64,000 nt of DNA from an uncultured Desulfarculus sp. (GTDB taxonomy: Bacteria; Desulfobacterota; Desulfarculia; Desulfarculales; Desulfarculaceae), in the NCBI GenBank assembly GCA_963665125.2, contig CAXXUK010000001.1, forward strand, positions 3,424,001 to 3,488,000, given 5' to 3'. A program made the position numbers and the translations under genes. Below are positions 30,590 to 39,228 of this stretch, one piece after another. The notes below the pieces were generated by a model that saw only the letters and a program-made list of their open reading frames with translations, was not told where the DNA came from and searched no databases. Position 1 is the first letter of the stretch. Every line of letters starts with the position of its first letter.

Positions 30590-31042
30590 ATGAGCACAAG
30601 TAACGACAATCTGGCCGGGGCGCTGCAACGAGTCATCAACAAGCTGATATTTTTGGAAAAGCGGATAATTTTCCAACATGGCGGCGTCAAGTTGCACCCC
30701 TCGGAGATTCACCTGATGCAATTGATCCAGGCCGAAAAGCGGATCAACGCCACCCAGATGGCCCGGCAGCTTGGAATAACCAAGGGTGCGGTTTCCCAGA
30801 CCTTAACCCGCCTGGGAAAAAAGGGTGTCCTCCAAAAAAGCAAAGACCCCCAGCAAAAAAATGAACTCACCGCATCATTCACGCACCTAGGCCAGGAGGC
30901 CATCGCGGCCTTTGAAAATCAGCAGGCCCGGCGCACCGCCCTTTTCGCGGATTACATGGGCCAAATGCCGACCCAAGACCGCCAGGCGGTGGCGGGGTTC
31001 CTGGATCAGATGGAGCGGTTCCTGGCCGAACTGGCCAAGTAG
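30590..31042 (+). CDS. MarR family regulator
   Basis: SEIH..., LGITKGAVSQTLTRL.KKG wHTH; no Cys. Confidence 0.9.
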   Translation: MSTSNDNLAGALQRVINKLIFLEKRIIFQHGGVKLHPSEIHLMQLIQAEKRINATQMARQLGITKGAVSQTLTRLGKKGVLQKSKDPQQKNELTASFTHLGQEAIAAFENQQARRTALFADYMGQMPTQDRQAVAGFLDQMERFLAELAK

Positions 31043-31061
31043 AAATTTTTTTCCAATGAGT

Positions 31062-31078
31062 GTTTAGCATCTAAATAC
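31062..31078. promoter_or_regulatory. Putative MarR operator 2
   Basis: GTTTAG-CAT-CTAAATAC directly before the RBS of the MerB-like gene; 14/17 identical to operator 1. Confidence 0.7.
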
Positions 31079-31091
31079 AGAGGAGGAGATC

Positions 31092-31838
31092 ATGGATAAC
31101 TTACTGCTATTGGGTATCTGGCGGCTGGCCATCAGCCTGCCGGAAGGGGTCTGGCAAAAGCAGGCCCGCGTCCGCCAGAAAAAGTTCGAGAGCGCCACCA
31201 GCTTCATCACGCCCAGACACCGTGCCGTACATCATTTCGTGGTGCGCGAACTGCCCGGCCTGGCCCGGCCCATGCCGCCGGAGTTCGTGGCCGATGGGCT
31301 GGGCATTGCCCTGGATGAAGTTGTGCGGATCATGGACGATCTGCAAAACCACATGACTTTTTTGTACCGCGACGGCGCGGGCAACGTCATCTGGGCCTAT
31401 CCCGTCACCGTGGAGCCCACGCCCCACAGGCTCACCTTTGATAGCGGCGAAGAAATATACGCCGCCTGAGCGGTGGACGCTTTTGCCACGCCCTTCGTGC
31501 AAGGGCGCCTCAGACAACGCGACCTGACGGTGACCATAGAAACCTCCTGCGCCCATACCGGCAGGCCCATGCGCATAACTGTAGGTTCTGATCTGGAATA
31601 CGAGGCTGCTGACGGGGCCGAGCCGGTGATCTTCGTGCCTCATGTCGACGTGCCCAGCCTGGAAGACGACAGTATCATTGACGCGTTCTGACGCCAGAGC
31701 GTTTTCTTCTGGTCAGAAGAACATGCAAGGGCCCACAGACGCAAGCAGCACCGGATTCGCGGCATCTATGCCTCGGCCCAAAGAGCCGGGCGCATAGTCA
31801 TCATGAGTCAGAGCGCCTTGTTCGGCTTTGACCGGTGA
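31092..31838 (+). CDS. MerB-like (organomercurial lyase fold) protein with two predicted selenocysteines (U126, U200), 248 aa
   Basis: One frame through TGA 31467-31469 and TGA 31689-31691: AYPVT.EPTPHR...IYAA-U-AVD...ETSCAHTG...DAF-U-RQSVFFWSEEHA; both TGAs sit at MerB catalytic Cys positions; SECIS-like hairpin after each. Confidence 0.85.
31489..31507 (+). other. Candidate bacterial SECIS 1
   Basis: CGCCCTT-CGTGC-AAGGGCG; loop starts 26 nt after UGA with G at loop position 2. Confidence 0.65.
31699..31726 (+). other. Candidate bacterial SECIS 2
   Basis: TTCTTCT-GGTC-AGAAGAA with lower GCGT/ATGC stem; loop 19 nt after UGA. Confidence 0.75.
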
Positions 31839-32051
31839 TCCAGCCATCCGGGCCCTTACCGCTTGGCAAGGGTCCGGGTCAACCGTTTGATTTATTTCAA
31901 ACCATTCCGGTTTTCCCCATATATGACCACCGATATGCTAGCCTTTTAAGTAAGGAGCTTGAATTTATTAATACATCAATCACCCCGTGGCCCCTGAACG
32001 GCGGTGCCGCCGTTATCGCGGCCACGGTCGGGGAGAACAGGGAGAAGGAAG

Positions 32052-32729
32052 ATGAAACATAAACATCTGATAACGTTGGCCCTGGCCTTTGTATTGGGGT
32101 TGTGCCCGGCGATACCGGCGGCCCAGGCGGCGGACACCATGAACTACTTCGCCCTGCGCGGCGGTTACGCCATGCCCACCAATATGGATATCCAGGCCTC
32201 GGGCGGCAGCGGATCCGAGGCGTCTTTTGACAACGGCTACAACGTCAGCATTGCCTATGGCCGCCGCCTGGTGGAATGGCTCAGCGCGGAAATCGAGATC
32301 GGCTGGATGGAGATGAAGGCCGACCAGATGAAGCTGAAAAACCGCGGCACATCCATCAACGACGACGGCAAGGATGAACACTTTTATGGCATGATCAACC
32401 TCAAGGCCGACTGGCGCAACGACTCGGCCTTTACCCCGTACTTGGGCTTCGGCCTGGGCCTGACCAGGGCCACCATGGAAAACAAGTTCGTCTGGCCCGC
32501 CACGGGCAACCAGATCACCCGCGACAGCAACGACACGGTGTTCGCCTATCAGGCATTTGTAGGTGTGCTGTGGAGCTTCAGCAGGAACTGGGGCCTGGAA
32601 CTGCGGGGCCGCTATTTCGGCTGCAACGACCGCGAGCACGACAACCACGCCGCCGGCACCCAGCAGACCCTGGATGTGGACGGCAGCCAGATCTGGGTGA
32701 TCGACCTGGGCCTTAATTTCGCGTTCTGA
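32052..32729 (+). CDS. Outer-membrane beta-barrel (OmpA/Ail/opacity-like)
   Basis: Signal peptide, FTPYLGFGLG, FAYQAFVG, C-terminal F. Confidence 0.85.
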   Translation: MKHKHLITLALAFVLGLCPAIPAAQAADTMNYFALRGGYAMPTNMDIQASGGSGSEASFDNGYNVSIAYGRRLVEWLSAEIEIGWMEMKADQMKLKNRGTSINDDGKDEHFYGMINLKADWRNDSAFTPYLGFGLGLTRATMENKFVWPATGNQITRDSNDTVFAYQAFVGVLWSFSRNWGLELRGRYFGCNDREHDNHAAGTQQTLDVDGSQIWVIDLGLNFAF

Positions 32730-32749
32730 CAGTCTGGCCAACAGCGGGG

Positions 32750-32786
32750 AAAAAGCCCCGCGGCCTTACGGACCGCGGGGTTGTTT
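32750..32786. terminator. Bidirectional terminator
   Basis: A-run GCCCCGCGG...CCGCGGGGTTGTTT between convergent genes. Confidence 0.7.
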
Positions 32787-32801
32787 ATGGTTTGCCTTCC
32801 G

Positions 32802-33158
32802 CTAGCCCGTCCTGTGGCCGCGATCCTGTTTACGCTTCCAGCGGCGGCCCCGGACAAAACGGCCGGAGATTATGAACTCCACGACCATGCGGAGCTTATC
32901 TGCCCATGAGTAGTTGTGGCCCGGCGCGTCTTGGGCCGGGGCGGTTTTCCCGAGATAGTCGCCAATGATCTCCCCGGCCCGTTGCAAATCTTCCTCGGCC
33001 ACGTAAATGGTCTTGGAGCTGACGGGTGTAATCATAGAGCCCATAAAGACGGTGCTGAAATGATCGTTGTCCACCCAATAACCTATGGAAGCCTCTTCCA
33101 GCAGGCTGATTAGAAACGACAATTCGACTTCGTTTTCAACAGCGTGGAGCTTGATCAT
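32802..33158 (-). CDS. DUF2007-like putative signal-transducing protein
   Basis: E..FL.SLLEEA.I...V..D...IYVAEED...A.EII pattern. Confidence 0.7.
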   Translation of the reverse strand: MIKLHAVENEVELSFLISLLEEASIGYWVDNDHFSTVFMGSMITPVSSKTIYVAEEDLQRAGEIIGDYLGKTAPAQDAPGHNYSWADKLRMVVEFIISGRFVRGRRWKRKQDRGHRTG

Positions 33159-33185
33159 GCAGGAGACCCCCTGAGCCGGCGCGCC

Positions 33186-33692
33186 TTATTCCAGCTTGGC
33201 CGCGATCTTTTTGGCCAGGTCCATTGAAAGAGCCTTGCTCTTGGCCTCGTCGCCCACGGCGATCATCACGTTGAACATGTACTGGCCCTTGAGCACGGTA
33301 AGCCCGGCGCCCATCTTCATGCCCGTGCCGCCCCAGAACGCCTTGTCCCCGATGCCGGAGATGTCCTCGGCGCTGTCGACCATCTGGCGAGAGTTGTCAT
33401 AGAGCTTGTCGGCGCTCATGTGGGCCCGCATTTTTTCGGGCGGGAAGGTAAACGAAATCTGCACGAAACGCATCAGCGAGTCGTCGGTGGGCTCGTAAAA
33501 GCAGGTGGTCTGCCCGATGGGGTTGGGGCCGTTGGTCTTGGGCTGGGCCTTGACCGGCAGGCCCAGGATCTGCTGGGCCGTGGCCTGGTCGATGAAGTCG
33601 CAGGCGGTCAGGGCCTTGGCCGGCTGGCTTGCGCCGCTGGCCGCCAAAAGGCCCAGGGCCAAAATCAACACCACGGCGAAACGTTTTTGCAT
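33186..33692 (-). CDS. Secreted hypothetical protein (DUF3558-like)
   Basis: Signal peptide, ACDFI...TTCFY, ISGIGDKAFW; AGGAG RBS. Confidence 0.7.
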   Translation of the reverse strand: MQKRFAVVLILALGLLAASGASQPAKALTACDFIDQATAQQILGLPVKAQPKTNGPNPIGQTTCFYEPTDDSLMRFVQISFTFPPEKMRAHMSADKLYDNSRQMVDSAEDISGIGDKAFWGGTGMKMGAGLTVLKGQYMFNVMIAVGDEAKSKALSMDLAKKIAAKLE

Positions 33693-33717
33693 TGTTAAAG
33701 CTCCTTTTCGGGCAGCC

Positions 33718-34101
33718 TCAGGCCACCGGGGTAAGCCAGCCATAGGCCAGCAGGGCCAGTTGGGCCAAAGAGGCCAGCAGGGTCGCAATCAATAGAATAA
33801 TCGAAGCCGGGGTCTTGAATTGCTCCCAGCCCAGCTTGATGAAGATCATATGGGCGCAAAAGGCGAAGAGCCCCCCCGCCACCAAGACCAGGGACATGAT
33901 CAGGCCCGCCATGCTCTGAAGCATCAGTTCGGCCAATCCCCACAGGATCAGCCCCACCAAAGGCACGTGCAAAACCAGGAAAAAGCCAATGCCGCCGGGC
34001 AGGCGGAACAGCTCCCATTCCTTCCAATAGGCCGAGTCGATCTCGTGGACGATGAGCAGGGTTGCATTGACCAGGTAGGCCCAGAACAGGGCATCCCACA
34101 T
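33718..34101 (-). CDS. Membrane protein of unknown function
   Basis: HEIDSAYWKEW.LF.LPGG..FLVLH, four hydrophobic segments; start uncertain. Confidence 0.75.
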   Translation of the reverse strand: MWDALFWAYLVNATLLIVHEIDSAYWKEWELFRLPGGIGFFLVLHVPLVGLILWGLAELMLQSMAGLIMSLVLVAGGLFAFCAHMIFIKLGWEQFKTPASIILLIATLLASLAQLALLAYGWLTPVA

Positions 34102-34320
34102 AAAACGCCTCCAATGATTAGCCTGCCTCACCATAAGCGTTTTCAGGAAGGTGGTCAACGAAGGAAAATGATTACACTGGCCAGGCCCGAAGGCCCGTGC
34201 CGGTGGGGGGCCGGGGGAAAGGGAAGCCGCTTAAGGAAATCGGCCGCCCTCGCCCCCGGCAGGACAAACTATTACCCGGATAATTGGGCGATGACCGCTG
34301 ACTTTTTCCGAAGCCGCGGG

Positions 34321-34680
34321 TCAGCGCCGAGAGTACACGTTGACGCCGATGGTTATGCTGTTATTGCTATTTATGAAAACACGTTCGGAGGTGCAGCCCA
34401 TACCGTCTCTGCACATAACCAGGGTCGTACCGTCAAAACTCCATGTGCCTGAGAGTTTGATCCCTTGGATATAGTTTTGGACGTAACCGGTGCCATCGGC
34501 ATTGAACTGTAGAATAATACAATTATGGCAAGCGGCACCGTTAGTTGTGTCCATTCCCCAGGTGCCGATAATCGAGAACGGTTCGGGCGCGGATGATCCG
34601 CCACCGCCACCGCCGCCGCAGGCGGCAATCAATGCCGCGATGCAAATTACCAATGCGATTATTTTGATTTGATTAGTCAT
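34321..34680 (-). CDS. Lipoprotein, lipocalin-like domain
   Basis: IAAC lipobox plus Gly linker; IIGTW, FNADGT, GTWSF. Confidence 0.75.
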   Translation of the reverse strand: MTNQIKIIALVICIAALIAACGGGGGGGSSAPEPFSIIGTWGMDTTNGAACHNCIILQFNADGTGYVQNYIQGIKLSGTWSFDGTTLVMCRDGMGCTSERVFINSNNSITIGVNVYSRR

Positions 34681-34747
34681 TTTGTTCCCCCCTTGGCGGG
34701 CCGTCCTCCCCGAACAACCCGGATAGCGCCTTGTCAGGATGGAAAAT

Positions 34748-34786
34748 AAAAAACGCCATCCCGAACGGATCTGTCCGGGATGGCGT
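34748..34786 (-). terminator. Intrinsic terminator upstream of the lipoprotein gene
   Basis: ACGCCATCCCG...CGGGATGGCG-TTTTTT on minus strand. Confidence 0.7.
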
Positions 34787-35087
34787 CGTGGCCGGAAGCC
34801 AATTTAGCTCAACAAGCGGTTGGGAGTCAAGGATTGTTTAGAAACGATGAGAGGTTATTCGAAAAGACGTTCCGGTGATGTCGCCTGGGCGTCATTTTTT
34901 TGGGCAGAGGGCTAGAAAAGGCGCGGGCGGCCTGTTGCCTATTGGCAACAGATGGTGAGGCGAACGTCGTTCTTACGGCATATTCAGGGCATAAAAAACC
35001 CCTGTACGCCGCCTCCGAAGCAACATGGCTATCATTGACGGCGCACAGGGTTGGGGGGCAGGTTAAACGGCCACCAAGAGCCGTTGA

Positions 35088-36053
35088 TCACTCGGCATCA
35101 GGATTGGTCGCCTTGCATAAATTTAGCAGGCGATCCCACTCTTCGTCCACTCTTTTTTGAATAAATTGGATATCTTCTTCCTTCAAGTGGGCGAAGCGAC
35201 GCTGGCTCTTGAGATATTCCTCAACCGGCTTGGGTTTCTTGATGTCGCGGGTCAGGACGAAGCGTCCGTCGATGACCTCGAACAGCGGAAACACCTTGGT
35301 TTGCACGACCAGCCTGGAGACCTCGATGGCCGTGTCCGGTCCGCAGCGCCAGCCGGTGGGGCATGGGCTGTAAATGTGCAAATATGCCGGGCCGGGCACT
35401 GCGGCGGCCTTGCGGGCCTTGTTCATCAAGTCCAGATGGAAGGCCGGACTGGCGGTGGCCACGTAAGGAATCTCGTGGGCCGCGGCGATCATGGCCATGT
35501 TTTTCTTCCAGGTGGCCTGACCCTTGCTCATTTTGCCCGGAGGGCTGGTGGTGGTCATGGCGCCGTAGGGCGTGGAGCTGGAGCGCTGGATGCCGGTGTT
35601 CATGTATGCTTCGTTGTCCAAGCAGACATAGACGAAGTTGTGGCCGCGCTCCATGGCGCCGGACAGGGCCTGCATGCCGATATCGGCGGTGGCGCCGTCA
35701 CCGGCAAAGGCCATGATCTTGGTGTCGTCGTCTTTGATAACGCCCTTGCGGATCAGGGCCTTGCGGCCGGCCTCCACGCCGCTGGCCACGGCCGCGACGT
35801 TTTCAAAGGCCACGTGAATCCACGGAACTTCCCAGGCGGTCTGGGGATACGGCGAGGAGATGATCTCCATGCAGCCGGTGGCCGAGCAGGCGATGACCTG
35901 CTTGCCCACGGCCTTCATCACCTGACGCAGGGCCAAGACTTCGCCGCAGCCCTGACAGGCGCGGTGGCCCTTGCTGAAGGGCTCGACCAAGGGCATGTTC
36001 TTGGGCGTAATCTTTTCAACGTTTTTGATGGCGTCGGCAGCTATCGTGCTCAT
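35088..36053 (-). CDS. porB: Pyruvate/2-oxoacid:ferredoxin oxidoreductase beta subunit
   Basis: GHRACQGCG, TGC, GDG...DNEAYMNTGIQRS, SPCPTGW. Confidence 0.93.
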   Translation of the reverse strand: MSTIAADAIKNVEKITPKNMPLVEPFSKGHRACQGCGEVLALRQVMKAVGKQVIACSATGCMEIISSPYPQTAWEVPWIHVAFENVAAVASGVEAGRKALIRKGVIKDDDTKIMAFAGDGATADIGMQALSGAMERGHNFVYVCLDNEAYMNTGIQRSSSTPYGAMTTTSPPGKMSKGQATWKKNMAMIAAAHEIPYVATASPAFHLDLMNKARKAAAVPGPAYLHIYSPCPTGWRCGPDTAIEVSRLVVQTKVFPLFEVIDGRFVLTRDIKKPKPVEEYLKSQRRFAHLKEEDIQFIQKRVDEEWDRLLNLCKATNPDAE

Positions 36054-37225
36054 TCCTTCACCCCCACCATCTCGCAGGGCATGGGAGCCCCGGCTTCAGC
36101 GGCCTTCAAGGTCTTTTCCATCATCATCTTGAAGTCGCCGCGGGTAACATCGCGGCCGCCCAGGCCGGCGATAAAGTTGGCCATGTAGTGCCTTTTGCCG
36201 TTGGCGAACAGCAGCGAGCTGAGTTCGGTGGCCACCGGACCGGCATGGCAGCCGGGGCTCAGGGCGCGGTCCATCACGCAGATGGGCTTGGCCTCGCCGA
36301 TGGCGGCCAGGAAATCGTCAACCGGGAAGGGACGCCACAGACGGATGTGCACCAAGCCGACCTTCTGACCGGCGGCGCGCATTTCGTCCACCGTGGTCAT
36401 GCAGGTCTCGCTGAGCGAACCCATGGTCACGAACAGGCTCTCGGCGTCTTCGGTCTTGTAGGTCTCCACCAGGTTGTACTGGCGGCCGAATTTGGCGGCG
36501 TAGTCGTTCCAATGCTCGCGGACCACGGGCAGGGATTCTTCCAGGGCCACCAGGCAGGCCTTGCGGGCCTCGGTGTAGACCTCGGGAACGCCGACCATGC
36601 CCATGCTCACCGGCTTGGCCGGGTCCAGCTTGTGGGCCGGAACATACTTGGGCAGATAGGCGTCGACATCGGCCTGCTCGGGAAACTCGATGGGCTCGAT
36701 GACGTGGGTCAGGATGAATCCGTCCATGTTGACGATGACCGGCAGGGTCACGCGGTGGTCTTCGGCGATCTTGAAGGCGGTCAGGGTCAGGTCCATGACC
36801 TCCTGGCCGTTTTCGGCGAAGAACTGCACCCAGCCGATGTCTTTCTCGGACATGATATCGCTGTGATCGTTCCAGATGCTGATAGGCCCGCTGAGGGCGC
36901 GGTTGGCCACGACCATGACGATGGGCAGGCGCAGCGCGCTGGCGATAAACAGAATTTCGTGCATCAGGGCCAGGCCCTGGCTGCTGGAGCTGGTAAAGGT
37001 GCGGGCGCCGGCGGCCGAGGAGCCCACACAGGCGCTCATGGCGCTGTGCTCGCTTTCGACGGGCACGAATTCGGCATCCAACTCACCGCTGGCGACCAGC
37101 TCGGACAGATGTTCGACGATATGGGTCTGCGGCGTAATAGGGTAGGCCGCGACCACATCGGCGTTTGCTAGCTTGACGGCCTCGCTGACGGCCAGCGAGC
37201 ACTCAAGCCCCACACGCTGGGCCAT
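36050..37225 (-). CDS. porA: Pyruvate/2-oxoacid:ferredoxin oxidoreductase alpha subunit
   Basis: AYPITPQT, VESEHSA, SSQGLALM, NRALS.P. Confidence 0.93.
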   Translation of the reverse strand: MAQRVGLECSLAVSEAVKLANADVVAAYPITPQTHIVEHLSELVASGELDAEFVPVESEHSAMSACVGSSAAGARTFTSSSSQGLALMHEILFIASALRLPIVMVVANRALSGPISIWNDHSDIMSEKDIGWVQFFAENGQEVMDLTLTAFKIAEDHRVTLPVIVNMDGFILTHVIEPIEFPEQADVDAYLPKYVPAHKLDPAKPVSMGMVGVPEVYTEARKACLVALEESLPVVREHWNDYAAKFGRQYNLVETYKTEDAESLFVTMGSLSETCMTTVDEMRAAGQKVGLVHIRLWRPFPVDDFLAAIGEAKPICVMDRALSPGCHAGPVATELSSLLFANGKRHYMANFIAGLGGRDVTRGDFKMMMEKTLKAAEAGAPMPCEMVGVKE

Positions 37226-37538
37226 ACTTGTCCTCCTCTTTTTCTTCCTGCCAGGAAATAGCATCCTTGGGGCATTCCTTGACGCAGATGCCGCAACCCT
37301 TGCAATAATAGCTGTCCCAGTTGTAGTAGCCCTCGGCCTCGGCGTCCGGGCTGAAAGCCATGTCCGGGCACAGGATGTAGCACAGACCGCACTTGATGCA
37401 CTTTTCCCGGTCGGTAACCGGGCGGCGGCGGCTGCGCCAGTCGCCGGTGTTGAACCGGCGGGAGCTGCCCGGCTCGGTCATGGCGCAACCCAGGGCCAGG
37501 CTCTTCCAGGAGACCATACCTTCGTCGGCCATGATCAT
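37203..37538 (-). CDS. porD: Oxidoreductase delta subunit (2x[4Fe-4S])
   Basis: TGDWR..RP, CIKCGLCYILCP, CKGCGICVKECP. Confidence 0.92.
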   Translation of the reverse strand: MIMADEGMVSWKSLALGCAMTEPGSSRRFNTGDWRSRRRPVTDREKCIKCGLCYILCPDMAFSPDAEAEGYYNWDSYYCKGCGICVKECPKDAISWQEEKEEDKYGPACGA

Positions 37539-38086
37539 TACTCCTCGATTACGGTTTCTTTGAAAGCCCTCTCAAGCGCATTGAGGTTCTTGGCGGCGAT
37601 GCGGCCAAAGCGCTCTTCCAGGGGCTTTTTGATGGACTCGTGTTCCACCAGTTTGGCGGCCTTCATCAGGGCGCCCAGCATGGTGGTGTTGGTAATGGGC
37701 ACGCCAAGCTCTTCCTCGGCGATCTTGGAGGCGTCGACCACGGCCGTGCGGCCCTGGAACTGGCATTCGCCGCGCACGGAGGAAATGTCTTTGGAGCTGT
37801 TGACGATTAGGGTGCCGTTTGCTTTTAGGCCGGCGTTGACGCCGCCGATGGCCAGAAGGCTGGGATCCAGCACGATGACCACATCGGGCTCGTAGATTTT
37901 TTCCCGCAGGCGGATGGGCTCATCGGAGATGCGCAAAAAAGCCTGCAGAGGAGCGCCGCGGCGTTCGGGGCCAAAGCTGGGGAAGGCCTGAGCGTATTTA
38001 CCCTCGGCGATGGCCGCTTGGGCCATTAATTCCGCCGAAGTAACAGCTCCCTGACCGCCCCGGCCATGAAAGCGAACCTCGATCAT
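37538..38086 (-). CDS. porC: Oxidoreductase gamma subunit
   Basis: EVRFHGRGGQGAVT, FGPERRGAP, NTTMLGA. Confidence 0.93.
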   Translation of the reverse strand: MIEVRFHGRGGQGAVTSAELMAQAAIAEGKYAQAFPSFGPERRGAPLQAFLRISDEPIRLREKIYEPDVVIVLDPSLLAIGGVNAGLKANGTLIVNSSKDISSVRGECQFQGRTAVVDASKIAEEELGVPITNTTMLGALMKAAKLVEHESIKKPLEERFGRIAAKNLNALERAFKETVIEE

Positions 38087-38234
38087 AAGAGACTCCTTGG
38101 AGATACGATAAAGATTTCAATTTTTGCCGTTAAACAGGCAAGTATAGATACCGCCTCGTGCTGTGTCAAGCAGAGCAGGACCCGGCAATCACCGGACCCA
38201 AGTGCGGATTACCACTGATTTACAGTCAAAACGT

Positions 38235-38948
38235 CTATCGCCTGTCGCCGAAAAGGCGCAACATGAACAGGAACATGTTGATGAAGTCCAGATACAGGGT
38301 CAAAGCGCCGAGAACCGCCATCTTGGAGACGGTGGTCTCATTGGCCGCCTCCAGGACCAGGGCCCTGAGCTTCTGGGTGTCAAAGGCCGTAAGCCCCACG
38401 AAAATGCCCACGCCGATGACGCTGATGACCCAGTCTACCATGGGCGAACGGAAGAACCAGTTGACAACCATGGCCACCAGCAGGCCGATGAGCCCCATGA
38501 ACAAAAACTGGCCCATGCCCGACAGGTCTTTTTTGGTGGTGGAAGCCCAGACGCTGGTGATGGCGAACATGCCGGCGGTGATGAAAAAGGCCTTGGCCAC
38601 CGAAGCGGCGGTGTAGATTGAAATCACCGGGCTCAGGGTGACTCCGTTGAGCGCCGAATAGATGATGAACATCGTCGCGGCCGTGGTTACGCTGAATTTG
38701 CGTATGCCGGCGCTTATGGCGATTACCAGGCCCAGTTCGGCGAAGATGGCGATATAATACGGCCAGGTGAATCCGGTCTGGTAGTTGAAGAACGCATCCA
38801 TGGCTGACGGAGTAGTGACCAGATACCAGGCAATTAGGCCGCTGAGGGCCAGGCCCATGCTCATCCAGTTGTAGACGCGGCGCATGAAAGCGCTAACCAC
38901 GAGCGCCTGAGAGTCGGCCGATACACGTCCGTATGCGGTCTGATTCAT
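38235..38948 (-). CDS. Bax inhibitor-1/YccA family membrane protein
   Basis: FMRRVYNWM, TAFDTQKL, ALTLYLDFINMF. Confidence 0.92.
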   Translation of the reverse strand: MNQTAYGRVSADSQALVVSAFMRRVYNWMSMGLALSGLIAWYLVTTPSAMDAFFNYQTGFTWPYYIAIFAELGLVIAISAGIRKFSVTTAATMFIIYSALNGVTLSPVISIYTAASVAKAFFITAGMFAITSVWASTTKKDLSGMGQFLFMGLIGLLVAMVVNWFFRSPMVDWVISVIGVGIFVGLTAFDTQKLRALVLEAANETTVSKMAVLGALTLYLDFINMFLFMLRLFGDRR

Positions 38949-39228
38949 CTTTTTGCTCCTACCGGAATACAGGTTGGGTCGCCGGAAACGGCAGTATTTG
39001 AAACTTGGCTTCGCAACTGCTGGCAGAAATATAAAGTCAATATCCGGCCAGGTCAACCAAGACCATTGTTCACTCTATTGTACAACTTATCACTATGGTT
39101 TTATCAGTAGCACGATCGCGGCTATTTTCTAAGCATTTTTTAACGGCGCGGGCCTCCCGGCTTCTGCAAAGGACCCGTCTTGGTGCATAATGGGCCTAAT
39201 CGCCAAATTTTGCCGGGAGAAACCAAGG

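Noticed and set aside
31092..31838. Pseudogene or two separate small genes
   Set aside because: Both stops are TGA, both fall at catalytic Cys columns, there is no frameshift, each has a SECIS-like hairpin, and the RBS and operator are intact; random decay is unlikely to give this.
31836..31880. Third Sec at TGA 31836, which is also followed by a hairpin
   Set aside because: The MerB-like domain is already complete, there is no corresponding Cys, and the continuation looks non-coding; the hairpin more likely ends the transcript. Not formally excluded.
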